NCBI GenBank assembly: GCA_963805945.1
Contig: CAWDVP010000008.1
Span: forward strand, 1-64,000
Reading direction: 5' to 3'
DNA: 64,000 bases
DNA from: Vulcanimicrobiota bacterium
GTDB taxonomy: Bacteria > Vulcanimicrobiota > Vulcanimicrobiia > Eremiobacterales > Eremiobacteraceae
The first letter of the stretch is position 1. Every line of letters starts with the position of its first letter. Position numbers and translations under genes: made by a program. The notes under the pieces are model-generated. The model made no database searches. It was not told the DNA's origin and was given only the letters and a program-made list of their open reading frames with translations. Below, in pieces: positions 1 through 8,987 of this stretch.

Positions 1-1996
1 TGATCGAGCTGGCGAGATTCTGCTGCAGGTTGAAGTCCAGCGTGAGGTCGCTGTTGGGACTGAAGAGATGCTTGGCCTCGAAGTTATAGCTGGTGAGGCC
101 CGGCGTAGAGCGAACCCGCCGAAGGGGTTGTTGAAGCCGGTGGTCGCGGTCATGAAGTCGAAGCCGATACGAATTCGAACCCGAGACCTGCGTGAACATC
201 GCGTGGACCGCGCCGCCGCTCTCGCTCGGCCCGACGGTGGCGCCGAACACGGGGCCGTTCGTGGCGATGTGCGCGATGCTCGCGCGCAGGCGTGCGTCGT
301 CCCTTGCAAGCTCTGCTCGAAGAGCGTGAAGTTCGAGTCGCCTGAGGAATCGTTGACGTAGCCGAGGTTGAAACGCAGCGTCCCCGCGCGGTTGAGCAGC
401 AGGCTCGCGTGGCCGCCGGTCGTCTCGGCGTGCACGTTTGCGCCGCCGTACTCGTATTGCACCATGACGACCTGCGGGTTGAACCGATCGTCGTATGGCA
501 GCGGGATATTGATGAAGCGCATGAGGCCGGACGTGTAGTCGAGCGTGTAGTCGACGTTGCGCACGAGCGCATCTGGCTGAGCACCGCGCCGGTGCGCTTG
601 TCGAGCACGACCAGTGTGACGACGTCCGAGCCGACGACGATATCGGAATGCAGGATCTGACCCGCGATCGAGAGCCCGGTCGGGTTGAACTGCTGGCGCG
701 CGTACGGCGAAATCGTTGTTCGCGGTGAATCCCATGATGCGGGTCCGGCTCGTGCGTTCGAGCTTGGCGCCGTCGACGAGCAGATGGTAGCCGCCGTCGC
801 TGTCGGGCGAGCCATGGTCGGGCCGGAACTCGCCCCATACGAAGCTGCTCTGGTCGCGGTCGAGGCGCGCGTAGAGATGATCGCGCGAGAGCGCGTCGTC
901 GTACTGGTAGCTCGCGTCGCCGTAGGTCTGGAACGGACGGTCGTACGGGTCCTCGACATAGGGTCCGAGCAGGTTCTGCTGCAGCAGGTTCGCCGTGTCG
1001 TAGGCGACCGTCGCGAGGGTGTCGTTGTTGATGACGCCGGTGCCGAAGACGGCGATGCGTCCCTTGCGGGTCTGCTGGCCGTCGGGGACATCTGGCGGGC
1101 ATGCCGGCGAAACCGGGCACCGCGCCCGCGCCCGCGGTCCCCAGTCCGGTGACGAACGGCTTGCGCAGGTTCGGGTCGATATAGAAGCGCTCGATGTAGA
1201 CGACGTCGGCCGCCGTGACCTGCAGGACGGCCTCGCCGGGCAGCAGGCCCTGGACGAGATGGATCTGATTGAGACCGCCCGCCGCCACCGGCAGTTCCAC
1301 CGCCGACGAGGTGTGGTATTGCACCGGCTGGCCTTGCGACGTCGCGCTCGCGAGAAGAAAGCGCAGATCGCCCGCGACGACGCTCACCTTGATGATCGGC
1401 CCCGGGCATCGCCGGATTGTTCCAGCGGTCCGTCGCGGTGACGCTCAGCGTGTTCATCGTGACGCCGCCGTCCGCATGGAGTGGCCGGTCGAGATTAAAG
1501 ACGAAATGCGCCGGCTTGCCGGGGCCGAAGATCGTGTAGCGCGCCGTCAGGTCCGCGGATATCACCGTGCACCGAGCGGCGTGACCTCGACCGTGTTGGG
1601 ACCCGCGTCGAGCACGACGCCGTAGTACTCATAACGGGTCTCGCCGGTCTTCTTGTTCACCGAGCGCATGCCGATCTGTTTCGCCGAGATGACCTTGCCG
1701 TTGACGCGCAGCTCGACGCCCGCGCCGGAGACCGTCGAGACGAGGATCTTCGTGGCGATGCCGGTCGAGGCGGCGCCTGCGGCCGGCGAGAGCAGCGTCG
1801 CGCTCAGGTTCGAGGTCGCGCTATAGGTGAGGCTGCTCAGGTCGGCGCCGATCGGCGGCGCGGCGGTCGGCTGCGCGGTGGCCGGAGGCGCGCGGCCTGC
1901 GGCGCGGCAAGCGCCGGTGCGCCGAACAGCAGCGCTGCCAGCAACGCGACGACGTATGCGAGCGGTCGAATTCATTCGACCGACGCGCGCGCTCAC
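1..1996 (-). CDS. Large outer-membrane protein of DUF11 clusters (putative beta-barrel/usher-like); runs off the window's left edge; several frameshifts
   Basis: Pieces stitched across frames. GTG start overlaps the upstream stop. Signal-like 'YVVALLAALLFGAPALAA'. Ig-like 'VELRVNGKVI...YEYYGVVLDAGPNTVEV'. Then 'DPYDRPFQTYGDASYQYDDALSRDHLYARLDRDQSSFVWGEF' and 'NVDYTLDYTSGLMRF...VVMVQYEY', motifs I recall from large OM proteins next to TIGR01451 genes. Confidence 0.7.
1959..1982 (+). repeat. REP family B (24 nt) inside the 5' end of the OM protein gene
   Basis: CGAG-CGGTCGAA-TTCA-TTCGACCG; translated GRMNSTA. Confidence 0.8.
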
Positions 1997-4149
1997 TTCG
2001 ACGGCTCCAGCGCGAAGTTGATATCCTGCAGCAAGCCGGTGTCCAGCACGCCGTGGATCAGGCGCAGCATGCTGTGCGGGCTGTCGTAGTTGAGCGGGTT
2101 CGGATAGGGCTGCACGCCGGCGGGCAGCGTCGTCGTGTCGAGCCTGATGACGTGCATGCCCGGCCGCGCCGATGGGAACGAATACCGCCCGTAGCTATCG
2201 GTGATGACGTATTGTCCGTCTTCCAGATAGAGACGGACGCCCGAGACGCCCTTGTCGCCCGGCACGAAGAGCCCGCTGCCGGAGAAGTCGACGAACACGC
2301 GCCCCGTGATCGGGATGGTGAACGAGAACGCGCCACCGCCCAAGATCGCGAACGACGCCTGCGCCTGCGCGCTCAGCGGAGCGCCCTGCGCGTACGCGGT
2401 GAGCGCCGCGACGTTGACTTGTGTCGTGTTGATCTGCGCTTCCGGCAGCACGACCGCGGCGTACACTATCGTGTGGGTGACGCCCGGCGGCAAGGTGCCG
2501 AACGTCCAGGTGAGCGTGCGCCCGTTCACCTGCGGCTCGACCGCCACGCCGTCGACACGCGCCGTGCCGGGTCCGTACGCGACGCCCGGCGGCAGCGTGT
2601 CCACGAGCACCGCGTTGGTGAGCGTCGCGAGCGACGAATTGGTGAACGCGACCGCGAAGACGAGCCGGTCGCCGGTCTGCACCGCCTCGCGATCCACCAC
2701 CTTGGAGATGGTGATCGGGTTGGCGGTGAACATCGGGATGTTGTCGAGCAGGTTGAAGACGTTGGAAAGCGTGACGGGTCCGGCCGTCAGCGTGAAGCCG
2801 CCTGGCGCCGCGAGCAGCTCACCGTCGAGCGCGGTCAAGGTCGCGCTGTAGAGGGTGCCGCTCGGATCCGCCTTGAGCACGATGTCGATGCGGCGGTTGT
2901 TGTAGCTGGGCGCGGTGACCGTGAGGATGTAATGCGCGTTGCCGCCCGCGCCGCCGAATTGGCCAGGCCCGAAAGCGAACGAGAACAGCCCCGACGCCAA
3001 TGTGGTGTACGGGTTGACGTTGGAGTTGTTCGGCGCCACGCCGACGCCGGTGAGGCTGAACGGCGTGATGCTGGGCGGCTGCGTCAGCGTCATGACGGCG
3101 CCGCCGATGGTGTGCGTGCCGCCGCCGTAGCCGTCGAAGACGACGTTGCCCGTGCCGACGAAGACGCTCGCCGGCGACGAGGTGTACGGGCCGAGACCGG
3201 TCGCGGTCACGGTCGCCGTGTTCACGTATGTCGTGCCGAGCGTCGCGTTCGCGTCGACGACAGCATCAAAGGTGATGGTGATCGTCTGCAGGGCGTTGAC
3301 GGTCGGGATCGTCACCGTGAGCGTCTGTCCGACGAGCGTCGCCTGGCCGCCGGCCGGCACGCCGTTGATGAGCACGGATGCAAGCGAAGGATGCAGTCCG
3401 GTCGGCACGACGTCGGTGATGACGACGTTGTTGGCCGCCAGCCCGCCCGAATTGGTGAACGCGATCGAGAAGTTGACGGTGCCGTTCGGCGCGGCTTGCG
3501 TCGACGGCTCGTTGTTCACCAGCTTCTTGATCGAGCTGATGTTCGGGCCGATCACCGCGAGCGCCCAGCGCTGCCCGGTGTCCGATTGCAGCCCGTTGGC
3601 GGTGCCCGTCACCGTCGTCTGCGCTTTGATATTGATGGACCACGCCGTGCCGACGGTGATGGCCGCGGTGTTCACCGTGACGTCCACGAACATCGTGCCG
3701 CCCGGCACCACGCTCGGAGAGACGGTGGAACCGATCGTCACGGGGATGGGCGGGCCGGCCGGCGGCACGACGAAGTTGATCGCGGTGATCGTGCCCGCGC
3801 TCGTCGTGGCCGACTGGATCGTGTATGCGTCGGTGAGGTTGCTCGTGTTGGTGATGATGAAGCGCCGCGTCACCGGCGTGCCGACCGCGTACGAATCGAG
3901 CGCCGGATTCACCGCCGCCTCTTTGGGCGCGACCGTCAGCGACGCGACCGCCTGCACCTGCACGAGCACCGTGTTGGAGTCGGTGGCGTAGGTGGTGCCG
4001 GCGCCGTCCGCGTAGGTCGCGGACGCCGTGTTGCTGATGATCGTGCCGGCGGGCGTCGCGGCAAGGGTAGCGGCAAGCGCCGGCTGGGCCGCCAAAGCGA
4101 CCAAGCCGACGCTGGCCGCCGCCAACGCCGCGATGAACCAACGGAGCAC
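1993..4149 (-). CDS. Secreted DUF11 (TIGR01451) repeat protein with C-terminal SdrD-B-like domain, 718 aa
   Basis: Intact ORF with signal peptide. N-terminal TPAGTIISNTASATY. Two complete DUF11 domains (IKK..ITDVVP..VNTATV; ISK..LVDTLP..VNVAAL). C-terminal GRVFVDFSGSG..GDKGVSGVRLYLEDG..ITDSYGRYSF. Confidence 0.85.
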   Translation of the reverse strand: MLRWFIAALAAASVGLVALAAQPALAATLAATPAGTIISNTASATYADGAGTTYATDSNTVLVQVQAVASLTVAPKEAAVNPALDSYAVGTPVTRRFIITNTSNLTDAYTIQSATTSAGTITAINFVVPPAGPPIPVTIGSTVSPSVVPGGTMFVDVTVNTAAITVGTAWSINIKAQTTVTGTANGLQSDTGQRWALAVIGPNISSIKKLVNNEPSTQAAPNGTVNFSIAFTNSGGLAANNVVITDVVPTGLHPSLASVLINGVPAGGQATLVGQTLTVTIPTVNALQTITITFDAVVDANATLGTTYVNTATVTATGLGPYTSSPASVFVGTGNVVFDGYGGGTHTIGGAVMTLTQPPSITPFSLTGVGVAPNNSNVNPYTTLASGLFSFAFGPGQFGGAGGNAHYILTVTAPSYNNRRIDIVLKADPSGTLYSATLTALDGELLAAPGGFTLTAGPVTLSNVFNLLDNIPMFTANPITISKVVDREAVQTGDRLVFAVAFTNSSLATLTNAVLVDTLPPGVAYGPGTARVDGVAVEPQVNGRTLTWTFGTLPPGVTHTIVYAAVVLPEAQINTTQVNVAALTAYAQGAPLSAQAQASFAILGGGAFSFTIPITGRVFVDFSGSGLFVPGDKGVSGVRLYLEDGQYVITDSYGRYSFPSARPGMHVIRLDTTTLPAGVQPYPNPLNYDSPHSMLRLIHGVLDTGLLQDINFALEPSK

Positions 4150-4174
4150 CGTCAGGCTCCCCTCACCTTCCTCG

Positions 4175-6484
4175 TTACTTCACAGTAACGGCGAAGGTGA
4201 TGACTCCCTGATTCGTGCCGGCGACGCCGCTCGGCACGAGTTGGAACGCCGCGCCGCCGACCGTCGCGGTGAAGCTCGTCGAAGCCGCCGCGTTGCCGGT
4301 GTACGTGGTGCCGCCGGTGGTGTCGGTCGCCGGCGCGTTCAGTCCGTTGGTGAAGGTGGCCCAGTTGTTCGCGCCCGCCGCGCCGTTCTCGGTGATGACG
4401 AGCGTTCCCGCCGCCGTCAGGAGCTGCGCAGAGAGCGGTTCCGTGCCGGTGCCGCCTCCGACCATGATGTTCCGGTAGTCGACCGTGTAGGTGAGGATCG
4501 CACCCGGGCATGCGAACTGAGTCGCCGGCAACGGCGGCTGCGTGAACACACCGCAGGTGTTGTTGGTGATGGTGATGCCCTTGGTGAGGGCGATGAAGCT
4601 CGAGTAGAGCTCGTTGTGCGTCGTGTTCGTGCACGTCGGGCACGCGCCGCCGCCGATGCTCGCCGCGAGGATGTTGCCGTCGTAGCGTTTCAGCGACTGC
4701 GTCGGATTCGGCGAACTGTACACCGCCCAGTAGCACAGCGTCGCGCCGGATGTTACCGCGACGTTGTTGGCGACCGAAGTGGCGCCCGACCCTGCTCCGC
4801 CCAAGGCGGTGCCGCTCGGCGCGGTGCACGTGCCGCTGTCCTGGAACAGCTGGACGGTGAACCCGACCGGTGCGGTCGCGGTGATGGTGTACGTGTCGGC
4901 GACGTTGCCCGCGTTCATCACCTGGTTCGGCACGTTGATGCCGGACACGACGGCGGTGAAGTTGTTGCCGTTCGGCGTGCCCGGCACCGTGCCGCTGTTG
5001 ATGATGGTGAAGGCGGACTGCGTGAAGCTCACCGCGGTGAAGTCGTTGTTGTTATTCACCGCGACGACGCCGTCGTAGCTGCCGGTCGCGCCCGGCAGGC
5101 CCTTCGGCCCGTTGAGCACGGAGTAGTTCGACGGCATCGCCGAGCAGACGCTCTGCGAGGCGCCGCTGGGCGCGGCCAGCGTCGTCGAGTTGTTGATGGC
5201 GTTGTTGATCGCGGTGACCGCGGCAGGCGTGCCGTCGCTGATCAGCGTCACGATCGTCGGACCGATGACCTGCGGCTGCGTCACGAGGTAGTTGGCGTTG
5301 CCGCCGATCACCCCGTTGGCGATGTTGCTGATCGCGCAGGCGTTGCCTGAGCCCGCACCCGTCGGGCCGTTGACCGCGAAGGTCAACGTCACCGCTGCGG
5401 CAGGCACGTTACCCGCGGACGACCCGGCGTGCGCGTTGAGCGCCACCGCACCGCCCGAGATGTAGACGCCGATCCACAGCGCGCCGGCCGAACTCGTCGA
5501 CCAGCCGCTGGCGCCGCTTGCCACGTTCGAGTACACGATCGTGGCGCTCGCGGTGACCGGGAAGCCGTTCGCGGCGCTCGTCGCCACCGACGGCACGCCG
5601 TTGAGCGTGAGCGGCACCGCGGCGAACGTCGGGATCTTGTCGGCGATGAGCACGCCGGGGCTCGTGAAGGGCGCGCCTGCGCCAAGACCCTGCACGCTCG
5701 TGAGCATGCGGGCCGGCGAAGCGCCGCCGTTGTTACCGGCGACCGTATAGGTCACGACCGGCGCCGCCGACGTGCCGCTGACCACCGCTGACTTCTGCAG
5801 GTCGAGCCGCGCGTCGGCGATGATCGAGTCGGTGTAGCTGTTGGAGACGTTCGGCGAGGTCGTGTCGACCAATCCGGCCGGGTTCGGCTGATCGGCGGCC
5901 TTGTAGAGGATGTTGGCGGTGAGCGTCGTCGTGATCGTGCCTGGCGTCGCCGCACCGGTGATGCAGTAGTTGATGGTGATGGTCGCATAGCCCGCCGGCG
6001 CGATGAGCGCCGAGGCCGCGAGATTCGCCTGCAGCTGCGCGAACGTCAAACCGCTCGTCGTCGCGCCGCCGTTGTACGAGATCGAGTAACTCGTGGTGGC
6101 GACGCTGGCGGAGTCACTCCCGCCGAATACCGGTGCGCTCGGCAATTGGAAGCGTCCAAGGCCGTTGCCGGTATTGGTGAGCGTGTAGACGTCAGCGAGG
6201 CACGAGTTCGGCACGCCCGTGCCGGTGCCGGCCGCCGCGCCGTTATTCGTGGTCACGGTGAGCGAGGGCGCGTTCTGCACCTCGACGACGACCGTGTTGG
6301 ATTGCGTCGTATAGCTGACGCCGTTGGTGTCGGTATAGGTCGCCGACGCGGTGTTCGAGATCAGCGTGCCGGCGGCTGTCGCGGCGGCTGCGGGATGGCC
6401 CGTCAGCACGATCGCGCAACAGACGAACGCCGCGGCAAGCAACTCCGCCGGGCGGATGACGTACGTGAACCAAGATCGGTTCAT
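4175..6484 (-). CDS. Secreted DUF11/Ig-like repeat protein, putative major fibre subunit (start 6484 or 6517)
   Basis: Intact ORF with AAGGA SD before ATG 6484 and a signal peptide. N-terminal TAAGTLISNTASATY. Internal DUF11 (LQK..IADKIP..ISNIA). C-terminal truncated DUF11 ending ITFAVTVK. Confidence 0.85.
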   Translation of the reverse strand: MNRSWFTYVIRPAELLAAAFVCCAIVLTGHPAAAATAAGTLISNTASATYTDTNGVSYTTQSNTVVVEVQNAPSLTVTTNNGAAAGTGTGVPNSCLADVYTLTNTGNGLGRFQLPSAPVFGGSDSASVATTSYSISYNGGATTSGLTFAQLQANLAASALIAPAGYATITINYCITGAATPGTITTTLTANILYKAADQPNPAGLVDTTSPNVSNSYTDSIIADARLDLQKSAVVSGTSAAPVVTYTVAGNNGGASPARMLTSVQGLGAGAPFTSPGVLIADKIPTFAAVPLTLNGVPSVATSAANGFPVTASATIVYSNVASGASGWSTSSAGALWIGVYISGGAVALNAHAGSSAGNVPAAAVTLTFAVNGPTGAGSGNACAISNIANGVIGGNANYLVTQPQVIGPTIVTLISDGTPAAVTAINNAINNSTTLAAPSGASQSVCSAMPSNYSVLNGPKGLPGATGSYDGVVAVNNNNDFTAVSFTQSAFTIINSGTVPGTPNGNNFTAVVSGINVPNQVMNAGNVADTYTITATAPVGFTVQLFQDSGTCTAPSGTALGGAGSGATSVANNVAVTSGATLCYWAVYSSPNPTQSLKRYDGNILAASIGGGACPTCTNTTHNELYSSFIALTKGITITNNTCGVFTQPPLPATQFACPGAILTYTVDYRNIMVGGGTGTEPLSAQLLTAAGTLVITENGAAGANNWATFTNGLNAPATDTTGGTTYTGNAAASTSFTATVGGAAFQLVPSGVAGTNQGVITFAVTVK

Positions 6485-6513
6485 TGTGATGTTCCTTATC
6501 CTTTCGCGTGCGA

Positions 6514-7005
6514 TCATTTCACCCGGACCTCATAAAGAAACCGGACGCTCCCCTTCGGCGCCAACGGCTTTTCGGCGATCCACCGGATGTTGGTATATGA
6601 AGACGGGTCCGCTGGTTTCGTCACCGGGCCCGTCGAGGTCTGAACCGTCACCACGGGTTTGGACGACCACGTCTTGCCGCCGTCCAGCGAGAACTCCACG
6701 TTCCCTGCCGTGGTGCTTGCCGACCCCGCGATATACGCGGTGCCTGCGGGTATCTTATCCGACGGCGTGAAGTGCAGCGCCGGATCGGAACCTTTGTTGG
6801 TGCCGACGATCGTCCAGCGGACGACTTCGCCGGCCTTGAGCTTGACTGCGGGATCCAGCGGGATGAGCTTCTCGCCACCCCCGCTGACCTTGACGACCGT
6901 CACCCCGCTGAGATGGAGGCTGACATCCGGTTTCGCATATGCGGTCAGCGTGGTCAGTATCAGTGCCGCTGCGCAGGCGAATATCCCGGCGCTCACTAGG
7001 CGCAT
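6514..7005 (-). CDS. Small secreted single-DUF11-domain protein, about 163 aa
   Basis: AAGGA SD before ATG 7005. Signal peptide MRLVSAGIFACAAALILTTLTAYA. AGEVVRWTIVGTNKG..SDKIPAGTAYIAGSA..EFSLDGGKTW..TNIRW..LAPKGSVRFLYEVRVK. Confidence 0.85.
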   Translation of the reverse strand: MRLVSAGIFACAAALILTTLTAYAKPDVSLHLSGVTVVKVSGGGEKLIPLDPAVKLKAGEVVRWTIVGTNKGSDPALHFTPSDKIPAGTAYIAGSASTTAGNVEFSLDGGKTWSSKPVVTVQTSTGPVTKPADPSSYTNIRWIAEKPLAPKGSVRFLYEVRVK

Positions 7006-7180
7006 AGAAATTTCCTTCTTCTTATTAAGCAGGCCACCGAGGTGGCCTAGAAGTGTGACTCGGGCGGCTCCCGTTTTGTAAGCCCTGCCCCTTGTATTCA
7101 TATCGTCAAAAGTATGACCGCCAGCACGGCGAACTGCGATGTTTGTTGGCTTTACGCGACTTTTGTGGACATGGTCCGCT

Positions 7181-7205
7181 AGGGTCCCTGGGGACGCCGT
7201 CAGAA
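7181..7205 (+). promoter_or_regulatory. Candidate alternative-sigma promoter AGGG-N18-GAA upstream of thrS
   Basis: The same bipartite motif recurs upstream of purM, pepA, purB, the 43538/43633 divergent pair and the ABC operon. Confidence 0.4.
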
Positions 7206-7218
7206 GGCGGGGACGGAT

Positions 7219-8958
7219 ATGGAAAATTCCAGCCCCAAAGGTGACCTCGGTCACATGCGCCATACGGCCGCTCACCTGCTCGCCCATGCGGTGGTCGATC
7301 TCTATGGCGATGACGTGAAGCTGGCGATAGGTCCCGCCATCGAGAACGGCTTCTACTACGATTTCTCAAGGGCACGCCGTTCGTGCCTGAGGATCTGCCG
7401 CGCATCGAAACACGGATGCGCGAGCTCATCAAAGCGGATGTCGCGATGACCGGCCGCCCGATCACCAGGCCCGAAGCGGAGGCCTACTACCGAAAACGCG
7501 AGCAGCCGTTCAAACTCGATATCCTCGCCGGCATTCCCGAGGGCGAACCGCTCTCGATGTACACGATCGGCGATTTCACCGACCTCTGCCGCGGCGGGCA
7601 TCTGGAGCGCAGCGGCGAGATCGGCGCGATCAAGCTGTTGTCGATCGCAGGCGCCTATTGGCGCGGCGACGAGCACAATCCGATGCTGCAGCGCATCTAC
7701 GGCACGGCGTTCCCGTCGCAGGCAGAGCTCGACGAGCATCTTGCGCAGCTCGAAGAGGCGGAGCGAGCGCGATCACCGCCGCCTCGGCAAGGAGCTCGAG
7801 CTCTTCTCCATCGAGGAAGAGGCTGGCCCCGGTCTCATCTTCTGGCATCCCGCGGGCGGGCGCGTGCGCGAGGTCATCGAGGACTTCATCCAAGGCGAGC
7901 TGCGACGAGCGCGGCTACGAGCCGGTGTACACGCCGCACGTGGTGCACGAGGGTCTGTACGAGACCTCGGGCCATCTGCAGTCCTTCGTCGAGAAATGTT
8001 CGGGCCGCTCGAGCTCGACGAGCAGCGCTATCGCGTCAAGCCGATGAACTGCCCCGGGCACATCCTCATCTACAAGTCGCGCCCGCGCTCGTATCGCGAC
8101 CTGCCGCTGCGGCTGGCCGAATTCGGCACCGTATATCGCTACGAGCGCTCCGGCACGCTGCACGGACTGCTGCGCGTCCGCATGATCACGATGGACGACG
8201 CGCATCTCTTCTGCACCCCCGACCAACTGCAAGAGGAGTTCGAGAACACGGTCGACGCGGCGCTGACGGTCCTCAAGGCATTCCGCTTCGACGACTACAA
8301 GATGTTCGTCTCCACCAAGCCCGCGAACGCGCTCGGTGATGACGCCTTGTGGGAACGCGCGACAAAGGCGATCATCGCCGCCTGCGATCACGCCGGTCTG
8401 AAGTACGAGATGGATGAGGGCGGCGGCGCCTTCTACGGCCCGAAGCTCGACATCAAGGTCCGTGACGCCATCGGCCGCGAGTGGCAGCTGTCGACGGTGC
8501 AGGTCGACTTCAACCTGCCCGAGCGCTTCGGGCTCACCTATCGCGGCGCGGACGGCGCGGAGCACCGCCCGGTGATGATCCATCGCGCGCTGTGCGGCTC
8601 GCTCGAGCGCTTCTTCGGCGTGCTCATCGAGCACTACGCCGGCGCGTTCCCCGCGTGGCTCGCGCCGGTGCAAGCGGTGCTCGTGCCCATCTCCGAGGAC
8701 CAGCTCGCGTACGCGGACTCGGTCGCGGCCTCGCTGCGTTCGGCAGGCTTCCGCATCGAGGTGGACACCTCGAACGAACGACTTCAGAAGAAGATCCGCA
8801 ATCAGCAGATGCGCAAGGTGCCCTACATGCTCGTGGTCGGCAAGAGCGAAGTGGCTGATGCCAAGGTCAACGTCCGTTCACGCTCTGGTGAACAGGAGAC
8901 CATGACGGCGGAGGCGTTCGCGGTCAAGCTCGCTGAGGAAGTCCGCACCAAATCCTAG
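7219..8958 (+). CDS. thrS: Threonine--tRNA ligase (short form lacking N-terminal TGS domain); several apparent frameshifts
   Basis: [82 protein letters not shown] and PVMIHRA are spread over three frames. Confidence 0.96.
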
Positions 8959-8959
8959 T

Positions 8960-8985
8960 GTAGGGGCCGATCTTTAGATCGGCTC
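8960..8985 (+). repeat. REP family A (26 nt, GTAG plus palindrome), single copy
   Basis: GTAGG-GGCCGATC-TTTA-GATCGGCT-C between the convergent thrS and adhesin stops. Confidence 0.85.
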
Positions 8986-8987
8986 TT

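Noticed and set aside
7006..7218. T-box before thrS or cyclic-dinucleotide riboswitch before the DUF11 operon
   Set aside because: No T-box, GEMM or ydaO consensus recognisable by eye; an Infernal/Rfam scan would be decisive.
7219..8958. thrS and other frameshifted genes as pseudogenes or programmed frameshifts
   Set aside because: Essential genes with intact motifs and indels scattered across unrelated genes; sequencing error is more parsimonious.
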